The notes beneath the pieces are model-generated. The model was given only the letters and a program-made list of their open reading frames with translations, was not told the DNA's origin and ran no database searches. Both the position numbers and the translations under genes were made by a program. This document shows positions 12,898-19,537 of a stretch of 24,000 nucleotides of DNA, piece by piece; the first letter of the stretch is position 1; every line of letters begins with the position of its first letter. Source of the stretch: an uncultured Methanolobus sp. (lineage in GTDB: Archaea; Halobacteriota; Methanosarcinia; Methanosarcinales; Methanosarcinaceae); the NCBI RefSeq assembly GCF_963674485.2, contig NZ_CAXXKW010000002.1; one strand, given 5' to 3'.

Positions 12898-13758
12898 TTA
12901 TTTCAGGAATCCTGATCTCTGGAGAGCCATCAGGTTCTCCATAGTAAGCTTTCCACCGGACTTGAACTTGTCAAAGATGTCTTCTGCATCCTTGCGTGCG
13001 TCTGCCCTTGCAGCTTCCTTCTTACCGTCGAAATCTCCTTTCTTCATCTTGCGGAGTTCCTTGTCAATGTCACGGATCTCTTTCTGGGCTGCAATGAAGA
13101 GTTTGTGCTGTTCGTCAGCTTTTTCCTGGAATTGAACGAATTCTTTGTGAGCAGCATCAGATTCTGCGCGAATCTTGTCGGCCTCTTTGAAGGTGGTGAT
13201 CATCTTGTCATGATATTCCTGTGCCTTCTGTGCATACTCTGAAAGTGTAGCGTGATGATTTGAAGCTTCGTCCCTGATCTCCTGTGCTTCGTCCAGCAGT
13301 TTCTTGAGTTCTTCATTTCCTTCAAGTTGCTGTTTCTTTACCACATATTGCTTCTGGAGTTCAGTGATCTTGTTGACCAATTCTCTTTCCTTGTTGGTTG
13401 TGAGGACTTCTGTCTGCTGTGCAAACTCAAGTCTGTCGATCTCCTTGCGTATATCTTTGATAGAAGGGCCACCAAGGTTATTCTCATTACGGATCTGGTC
13501 TATCTTGGCAAAAACGTCGTTCGCCTTGTTGTTGATCTCATCACGGAGTACCTTGTATTCCTTAACCTTCTCGTTGTTCTCGTCACGGAGTACCTTGTAT
13601 TCCTGTGCCTCGTTGATAAGATCCTTAGTCTTCTTGTTCAGCTCATTGCGCTTTGATGCAAGTGTGCTTGCCTCAGCATTAAGCTCGTTACGTTTCTCTT
13701 TGTATTCTTCTGACTGGGTCTTAAGCTCAGTCTTCTTGTCGTTAAGTTCTTTTATCAT
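12898..13758 (-). CDS. Archaeal coiled-coil protein of unknown function
   Basis: Highly charged heptad-rich sequence. The likely start is ATG at 13758 (MIKELNDKKTELKTQ...), preceded by GGGAGG, rather than the track start 13872, which overlaps serB. Confidence 0.75.
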   Translation of the reverse strand: MIKELNDKKTELKTQSEEYKEKRNELNAEASTLASKRNELNKKTKDLINEAQEYKVLRDENNEKVKEYKVLRDEINNKANDVFAKIDQIRNENNLGGPSIKDIRKEIDRLEFAQQTEVLTTNKERELVNKITELQKQYVVKKQQLEGNEELKKLLDEAQEIRDEASNHHATLSEYAQKAQEYHDKMITTFKEADKIRAESDAAHKEFVQFQEKADEQHKLFIAAQKEIRDIDKELRKMKKGDFDGKKEAARADARKDAEDIFDKFKSGGKLTMENLMALQRSGFLK

Positions 13759-13798
13759 TTCTTTATTATCCTCCCGGTCCAGCAAAAGAGCTGGCATT

Positions 13799-14497
13799 TC
13801 ATGCATCTCTAATGCACGATACTTGGCCTTTTTCCGATTCCAACAACTGGATAACCGGTATAACTGCTTCAAGGTTCTTTTCTGTTATGACAATATCAGC
13901 ATGCTCATGGAGAATCGGTTTGGAATTGAATGCTATGGCATATCTTGCCCTTTTAAAAATACATATGTCATTGGCACCGTCACCAACCACAATACATTCT
14001 TCAGGTTCTAATCCATATTTTCGGGATATTTCTTCAAGAACATGTTCTTTAGAACACTGTCCTGTAAGAGGGCCCTTTACCTCTCCTGTCAGACATCCGT
14101 TGTCTACCAGTAGTTCATTTGAAACCACATGATCCATTCCAAGTGTTTCACCAACACGCTCTGCAGCTATGGTAAATCCACCGGAGATCATTGCGGTTTT
14201 ATAACCTCGGGATTTCAGGTATTTGACAAGTTCTTTCGCACCGGGCATAAAAGGCATTTTGTCAAGCGCAACATGGGCATCATCGAGTGTAAGTCCTTTT
14301 AGCAGTCTCACCCTCTCAACAAGTGCATTCGAAAAATCAAGTTCTCCACGCATTGCTTTTTCTGTAATAGAGGCGACTTCGTCTCCCACTCCGGCGGCAT
14401 GTGCAAGCTCGTCAATGGTTTCAGCATCAATAAGGGTGCTATCCATATCAAAAACTACTAACTTTATCCTATCAGAATTATTGCTGGTACGACTCAC
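13799..14497 (-). CDS. serB: Phosphoserine phosphatase
   Basis: HAD motifs 'VVFDMDSTLIDAETIDELA', 'AMISGGFTIAAE', 'VVGDGANDICIFKRA'. Confidence 0.92.
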   Translation of the reverse strand: MSRTSNNSDRIKLVVFDMDSTLIDAETIDELAHAAGVGDEVASITEKAMRGELDFSNALVERVRLLKGLTLDDAHVALDKMPFMPGAKELVKYLKSRGYKTAMISGGFTIAAERVGETLGMDHVVSNELLVDNGCLTGEVKGPLTGQCSKEHVLEEISRKYGLEPEECIVVGDGANDICIFKRARYAIAFNSKPILHEHADIVITEKNLEAVIPVIQLLESEKGQVSCIRDA

Positions 14498-14680
14498 TTC
14501 ATCAAACCTGGAATTTCAATCCCGCATTGAAACAGTATTTAAGTGCCGAGATTGATTTGAAATACGCTACATTGCTTTTAAGGCTTTCGGATAGAATGCA
14601 GTGTTCATATCAGTTCTATTTTTTTGTGCGAGCATGCTATAAAATGCGATATGATGGAGGGTTCTTTATAATGTCAATAA

Positions 14681-14723
14681 TTATATAATAATGAAATGTA
14701 TATTTACTATGGATTTTAGAGGT
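14681..14723 (+). promoter_or_regulatory. Candidate TATA box (TTATATAATA, 14681..14690) and SD (AGAGGT, 14718..14723) for the partner-switching operon
   Basis: Spacing is consistent with the ATG at 14732; the region is AT-rich and lies between divergent genes. Confidence 0.5.
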
Positions 14724-14731
14724 ATTATATT

Positions 14732-15526
14732 ATGTCAAAAAATGAAACTCTTTCTGTAACGGATAATTTTTCTAATAAAAATATACTTGATCAACTTCCA
14801 TGTATGGTGATGGCAGTTGATCGAGATTTCAATATCCTTTCCCTTAATGCTGTTGGATCTAGGTGGCTTGGGGAGGATTTTGAGAACATTGAAGGTAAGA
14901 AATGTTATGACCTGGTGCGTTCCCCTCATTGTAATACCAACAATTGCCGTGTCAAACAAGCCATGGAAAACGGCAAGGTATATGTCTGGAGAAATGAGAT
15001 CACAGCTGCTGGCAAAACCTTCCCTGTGGAGTATACTGCGGCTCCATTGAAGGATAAAGAAGGTAACATTATAGGTGGAGTTGAATATGTCATTGACATA
15101 AGCGACAGGGTAAAGATCGAAGCAGAGGTCCGGGCTCACAGCCGTACTATAATGGAACTTTCAACACCTGTTATAAAACTCTGGGATGGCATCGTGATCC
15201 TTCCTCTTGTAGGGGTGATCGATACAATGCGTGCCCAGCAGATCATTGAGAACCTATTATCTTCCATTGTTGAAAATGAGGCAGCTGTGGCAATACTTGA
15301 CGTGACCGGTGTTCCAATGATTGACACAAGCGTTGCACAGCATATCCTGAAGACTGTAAGTGCCGGCAAAATGCTTGGTGCGGAAGTTATTATTACAGGT
15401 TTCAGTCCAAATGTTGCCCAGACAATTGTGACTCTGGGAGTTGACATGAGTGGTATAATTACTACCGGTTCATTGCGTGACGGTGTCTCAAAGGCTTTTG
15501 CTCTTGTAGGCAAAAAACTGGTATGA
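14732..15526 (+). CDS. PAS-STAS protein, RsbR-like stressosome scaffold/sensor
   Basis: N-terminal PAS ('LDQLPCMVMAVDRDFNILSLNAVGSRWLG...'), then STAS 'VAILDVTGVPMIDTSVAQHILKTVSAGKMLGAEVIITGFSPNVAQTIVTLGVDMS'. The latter matches the RsbR pattern, including both phosphorylatable Thr contexts (DTxVA and AQT). Confidence 0.87.
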   Translation: MSKNETLSVTDNFSNKNILDQLPCMVMAVDRDFNILSLNAVGSRWLGEDFENIEGKKCYDLVRSPHCNTNNCRVKQAMENGKVYVWRNEITAAGKTFPVEYTAAPLKDKEGNIIGGVEYVIDISDRVKIEAEVRAHSRTIMELSTPVIKLWDGIVILPLVGVIDTMRAQQIIENLLSSIVENEAAVAILDVTGVPMIDTSVAQHILKTVSAGKMLGAEVIITGFSPNVAQTIVTLGVDMSGIITTGSLRDGVSKAFALVGKKLV

Positions 15527-15542
15527 ACTCAAAGGTGATCCT

Positions 15543-15908
15543 ATGGAAATACCAATGCTCAAACTGAAAAATATTCTGCTCACTTCTATACAGAGTGATA
15601 TGACGGACGATGATGCTCTGAAATATCAATCGGATGTTGTTTCAACCCTGGAAAAAAGTAGTTTAAAAGGTCTCATCATTGACATAACAGCAATGGATAT
15701 TGTGGATACTTTCATGGCCCGTGTAATCAACGAGACGGCAAGAATGGCACGCCTTATGGGTACCCGGGTTGTTCTGTGTGGTATGCAGCCAATGGTTGCA
15801 CTGACACTGGTTGAAATGGGGAGGGAATTAATTGGCGTTGACACTGCCCTTAATCTTGACAAAGGCTTTGACAAGCTTCTTGAAATGATTGAAGAAGGAG
15901 TTGAGTAA
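15543..15908 (+). CDS. Single-domain STAS protein, RsbS-like
   Basis: 'GLIIDITAMDIVDTFMARVINETARMARLMGTRVVLCGMQPMVALTLVEMGRELIGVDTALNLDKGFDKL' matches the RsbS STAS pattern. Confidence 0.87.
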   Translation: MEIPMLKLKNILLTSIQSDMTDDDALKYQSDVVSTLEKSSLKGLIIDITAMDIVDTFMARVINETARMARLMGTRVVLCGMQPMVALTLVEMGRELIGVDTALNLDKGFDKLLEMIEEGVE

Positions 15909-16311
15909 CATAGGCGAGAAAAGCATAGATCTCAAAATTGAAGATGATATTCTCATAGCCAGGCAGGTTGCCAGAAAAGAAATGGCAGAAATTGGCTTTG
16001 GTTCTGCAGACCAGACTCGCATGGCTACTGCAATCTCTGAGCTGACGCGCAATGTGATCAAATATGCAGGGGAAGGTGTATGCCACATAATTACGGAAGT
16101 TTCATCGGCAGAAATTAAGGTGAAAGTAGAGATCGAAGACTATGGTCCGGGGATTGCCGATCTGAATAAGGCCATGGAAGACGGATATACAACAGGTGGA
16201 GGTTTGGGTGCAGGTCTTCCCGGTGCAAAGAGACTTGTTAATGATTTTTCCATAGAATCACGTCCTGGATTAACAAAAATAAATTTAGAGATGTGTCGTC
16301 CTAATGTCTGA
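15889..16311 (+). CDS. RsbT-like GHKL serine/threonine switch kinase (start uncertain)
   Basis: 'DILIARQVARKEMAEIGFGSADQTRMATAISELTRNVIKYAG...VEIEDYGPGIADLNKAMEDGYTTGGGLGAGLPGAKRLVNDFSIESRPG' is near-diagnostic for RsbT. No ATG start; candidates are TTG 15889 and TTG 15901. Confidence 0.87.
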   Translation: MKKELSNIGEKSIDLKIEDDILIARQVARKEMAEIGFGSADQTRMATAISELTRNVIKYAGEGVCHIITEVSSAEIKVKVEIEDYGPGIADLNKAMEDGYTTGGGLGAGLPGAKRLVNDFSIESRPGLTKINLEMCRPNV

Positions 16312-16747
16312 AATTCTTGAATATACGTCTCCTGAAGATGGACTGAAGTTGATGGTAGAGGTAACGAATTTGTCCCATGTTGCAAATGTTCAGACCACTG
16401 TTCGCTCAATTGCAAAGAAACTAGGATTCTCAGAACTTGCTTCACATAAAGCCGCGACTTCTGCATCAGAGCTTGCTTCTAATCTGGTACATCATGCCAA
16501 TAACGGTGGCTCCATAATTATCAGGGAAATCAGGAAAAGCGGATACGTAGGAATTGAGATAGTATCTGATGATTCGGGTCCGGGTATAAAGGATGTAGAT
16601 CTGGCTTTGCAGGATGGGTATTCCACAGGTAACGGCCTTGGTTCTGGGCTGCCTGCAGTTAAAAGGATTATGGACGAATTAGAAATTACAGTAACAGGCG
16701 ATTCAAAGACCTGTATTAAAACCCGGTTGTGGTATTTATGCGAGTAG
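16304..16747 (+). CDS. Second RsbT/RsbW-like GHKL ATPase
   Basis: 'TSASELASNLVHHANNGGSIIIREI...SDDSGPGIKDVDLALQDGYSTGNGLGSGLPAVKRIMDELEI'; start overlaps the end of the preceding gene. Confidence 0.83.
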   Translation: MSEILEYTSPEDGLKLMVEVTNLSHVANVQTTVRSIAKKLGFSELASHKAATSASELASNLVHHANNGGSIIIREIRKSGYVGIEIVSDDSGPGIKDVDLALQDGYSTGNGLGSGLPAVKRIMDELEITVTGDSKTCIKTRLWYLCE

Positions 16748-17310
16748 CAACAGAATCACGTTCTTTTAATGGTGATGTACATTGCGGGGATCAGTGTGAC
16801 TGGTGGCTTGAAGATGATACATTGACCCTTTGTATGATTGATGGGCTCGGCCATGGCAAACCTGCCGAAGAAGCAGCAAAAGCTGCTATTGATTATGTTT
16901 CCTGTCATCTGCAGGAGTCTCTTGGCACATTGTTCTCAGGATGTGACAAAGCTATAAGGCAAACAAGAGGTGTAGCCATGAGCATCGCCAGAATCGATCA
17001 GAATGAAGGCAGTCTCGAGTATGGGGGTATTGGGAATACTCGCACAATGATATGTGGTGAAAAATCATCTAATCTTCCTTCCAGCTGGGGAATTGTTGGG
17101 GGTGGATTCAGACATTTGCATATTGAGAGGGCAAACATTTCTCAGGATGACCTTCTGATAATGTGGACTGATGGAATTCCTGAAAACATCACGATTTCGT
17201 CGTATGATTCCTACATGCTACAGGATGAACAACAGCTGGCAAAAAAAATACTGGATGATCATGGGCGTATGACTGATGATGCAACCATATTGGTGTATTT
17301 GAAGGGGTGA
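16738..17310 (+). CDS. SpoIIE/RsbX-like PP2C-family phosphatase
   Basis: 'TLTLCMIDGLGHGKPAEEAAKAA', 'LLIMWTDGIPENI', 'MTDDATILVYLKG'. ATG at 16738 is more plausible than the GTG at 16729; it overlaps the preceding gene's stop. Confidence 0.85.
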   Translation: MRVATESRSFNGDVHCGDQCDWWLEDDTLTLCMIDGLGHGKPAEEAAKAAIDYVSCHLQESLGTLFSGCDKAIRQTRGVAMSIARIDQNEGSLEYGGIGNTRTMICGEKSSNLPSSWGIVGGGFRHLHIERANISQDDLLIMWTDGIPENITISSYDSYMLQDEQQLAKKILDDHGRMTDDATILVYLKG

Positions 17311-17313
17311 TGC

Positions 17314-18333
17314 ATTATTACAGAAACAGATTTTAAAGAAAGGTATTATCAGATTCTGAAAGGTTACGTTACTACCCGTGAAGAGAAATACCTGATGAGG
17401 TCTGAAGACCTGGGCTATGAGCTTGTCAGGTTTAATGTCCCTCCTGAAGATATTGTTGAACTACATGAGGTGGCGATTTCCAGGCTGGCTACTGACCTCC
17501 CTGCCAAAAGTATGATGGAATCTGTAGGCTTCCTTTCCACACCACTTGTAGAACTCATGATGGCATATGGTCTTGCGTTCAGGCAATGGATAGAGGATCT
17601 GGAAAAAAGCAAACAAGAACTCATTATGTATGCTCAGGAGTTACAACATTCCAATGAGCTGAAAGAGCTTTTTGCCGACATTATGCGCCATGATCTCCTG
17701 AATCCTGCTTCTCTGGTCAGCGGCTTTGTTTCTATTTTGCTTGAATGGGAGGAAGATGAAAAGAAAAAGTCCCTGCTTACAAATATAGACAAGAGCAACC
17801 GAAATCTTGTATACATTATAGAGAAAGCAGCAGAATTTGCCAAACTGGATTCTGTGGAAGAGCTGGACTTTTCTACCCATGACCTTGATTTAATTCTGCG
17901 GGATATTGTAGATACTTTCATGCCCAAGTTCGACGAAAATGAAATAACAGTGGGCATGAGTACTGACGGATCACACCTGGCATTGGTAAATCCTCTAATT
18001 GAGCAGGTTTTCATTAACCTCATTTCCAATGCCATAAAATATGGTCCAAAAGGTGGTCATGTGGAGATATTCATGTCGGATGCCGGGGATGAATGGCAGG
18101 TTAATGTGAAAGACAATGGCAGTGGCATACCTGAACAGGATAGGGAAATGATCTTCACCCGTTTCTCACGATTGGACAAGGTTAACAAAGGCAGTATCAA
18201 AGGTACAGGTCTTGGTCTTGCAATTGTGCACAAGATAGTTACTCTTCATAATGGTAGTGTTGGCGTGGATAGTAATTATCCTGAAACCGGTAGTACTTTC
18301 TGGGTCCGGTTTAATAAGGCCCCGACAATTTAG
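17314..18333 (+). CDS. Sensor histidine kinase with N-terminal RsbU_N-like (RsbT-binding-like) domain; start codon unusual
   Basis: 'ELFADIMRHDLLNPASLVSGF' H-box, 'NLISNAIKYGPKGG', 'VKDNGSGIP', 'GTGLGLAIV'. The N-terminal stretch ITETDFKERYYQILKGYVTTREEKYLMRSEDLGYELVRFNVPPEDIVELHEVAISRL... resembles the RsbU N-terminal domain. It extends upstream of the first in-frame ATG (17395), with no ATG/GTG/TTG available. Confidence 0.75.
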   Translation: MITETDFKERYYQILKGYVTTREEKYLMRSEDLGYELVRFNVPPEDIVELHEVAISRLATDLPAKSMMESVGFLSTPLVELMMAYGLAFRQWIEDLEKSKQELIMYAQELQHSNELKELFADIMRHDLLNPASLVSGFVSILLEWEEDEKKKSLLTNIDKSNRNLVYIIEKAAEFAKLDSVEELDFSTHDLDLILRDIVDTFMPKFDENEITVGMSTDGSHLALVNPLIEQVFINLISNAIKYGPKGGHVEIFMSDAGDEWQVNVKDNGSGIPEQDREMIFTRFSRLDKVNKGSIKGTGLGLAIVHKIVTLHNGSVGVDSNYPETGSTFWVRFNKAPTI

Positions 18334-18387
18334 CCATATTTTCTCATTTATTCCACGTTTTTCTTTTATAATGTATCTATCCTGATT

Positions 18388-18440
18388 GTGCAATGGAAGT
18401 GTTATTCCAAAAATAATATATGCTACTCTGCCCATTGCAC
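18388..18440. promoter_or_regulatory. mtd promoter region: perfect 9-bp inverted repeat flanking a TATA-like element
   Basis: GTGCAATGG (18388..18396) and CCATTGCAC (18432..18440) flank AAAAATAATATAT (~18409..18422), upstream of the ATG at 18455. Confidence 0.5.
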
Positions 18441-18454
18441 TACTGTGATTTTAC

Positions 18455-19276
18455 ATGGCAAAGATTGGATTTATTAAACTCGGTAACTTAGGTATGAGCC
18501 AGGTCATAGACCTCGTTCAGGATGAGATTGCAGCAAGAGAAGGAATTACTATCCGTTCTTTTGGAACCGGTCCTAAAATGGGCAAAGACGAAGCAGCAGC
18601 AACAGCAGAACTCAAAAACTTCGATGCTGACTTCTACGTAATGATCAGCCCAAACTCAAGCGCACCAGGTCCAACCGCAGCTCGTGAGATATACAAGGAT
18701 GTTCCATGTATCGTTATCTCAGACGGTCCAACAAAGAAGGAAGACCGCGCAGCACTTGAGGAAGCTGGCTTTGGTTACATTATCATGACCGTTGACCCGC
18801 TCATCGGTGCAAAGACCGAGTTCCTTGACGCTGTAGAGATGGCATCATTCAACTCTGACGCAATGAAAGTGCTTTCAACCTGTGGTGTTGTAAGACTTAT
18901 TCAGGAAGAGCTCGACAAAGTTGCCGCAATGGCAGACGAAGGCAAGGCACTCGAACTTCCACACATTCTCGCAAAGCCAGAGAAGTGTATCGAGAGAGCA
19001 GGTTTCAACAACCCATACGCAAAGGCAAAGGCACTTGCAGCTCTTCACATGGCTGACATGGTCGCAAAGATTAACTTCCCTGCATGCTTCATGATGAAGG
19101 AGATCGAGCAGGTAACCCTCACAACAGCAGCAGGTCATGAGATGATGCGCGCAGCAGCACAGCTGGCAATCGACGCAAGAGAGATCGAGAAATCAAATGA
19201 CAATGTCTTCAGACAGCCACACGCAAAGAAAGGCCACCTGATGACCAAGACCGCTCTCTACGAGAAGCCACAGTAA
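18455..19276 (+). CDS. mtd: F420-dependent methylenetetrahydromethanopterin dehydrogenase
   Basis: 'MAKIGFIKLGNLGMSQVIDLVQDEIAAREGI', 'VMISPNSSAPGPTAAREI', 'AGFNNPYAKAKALAALHMADMVAKINFPACFMMKEIEQVTLTTAAGHEMMRAAAQLA': characteristic Mtd. Confidence 0.96.
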   Translation: MAKIGFIKLGNLGMSQVIDLVQDEIAAREGITIRSFGTGPKMGKDEAAATAELKNFDADFYVMISPNSSAPGPTAAREIYKDVPCIVISDGPTKKEDRAALEEAGFGYIIMTVDPLIGAKTEFLDAVEMASFNSDAMKVLSTCGVVRLIQEELDKVAAMADEGKALELPHILAKPEKCIERAGFNNPYAKAKALAALHMADMVAKINFPACFMMKEIEQVTLTTAAGHEMMRAAAQLAIDAREIEKSNDNVFRQPHAKKGHLMTKTALYEKPQ

Positions 19277-19307
19277 AGTACCTTCATGGTACTTACTTTT
19301 TCTTTTT
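19276..19307 (+). terminator. Hairpin plus T-run after mtd
   Basis: AAGTACC-TTCAT-GGTACTT followed by ACTTTTTCTTTTT. Confidence 0.55.
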
Positions 19308-19487
19308 ATGGATGCTCTTTCTGTAATTCTGACCGCTATCGGTCTCTTTGTGTTATTTGTTCTCTTCACTGCCTATTTCCTTAAAAGTTACCTTGTCATG
19401 AATTCCAGTGGCAATGCAGGCGAGGAAAATGGGTCATTGAATAAAGAGGAACCGTCTGTTAGTCCTGAACTGGATGAGCAGAAGTGA
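19308..19487 (+). CDS. Small putative membrane protein, 59 aa (not in the supplied ORF track)
   Basis: Manual translation: MDALSVILTAIGLFVLFVLFTAYFLKSYLVMNSSGNAGEENGSLNKEEPSVSPELDEQK*. One strong N-terminal hydrophobic helix plus an acidic tail. Confidence 0.5.
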   Translation: MDALSVILTAIGLFVLFVLFTAYFLKSYLVMNSSGNAGEENGSLNKEEPSVSPELDEQK

Positions 19488-19537
19488 ATTAAAAAAGGCC
19501 GGGTAGTCCGGCATTGCATATATTCTGAACTGGAATT

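Noticed and set aside
13304-14011. 235-aa plus-strand ORF antisense to the coiled-coil and serB genes
   Set aside because: Ser/Leu-rich translation is the expected mirror of Glu/Lys-rich coiled-coil codons; the opposite strand has convincing genes.
17308-17310. TGA between phosphatase and kinase as a selenocysteine codon
   Set aside because: No evident SECIS-like structure, and Methanosarcinales are not known to use selenocysteine; ordinary termination or readthrough is more plausible. Pyrrolysine uses TAG, not TGA.
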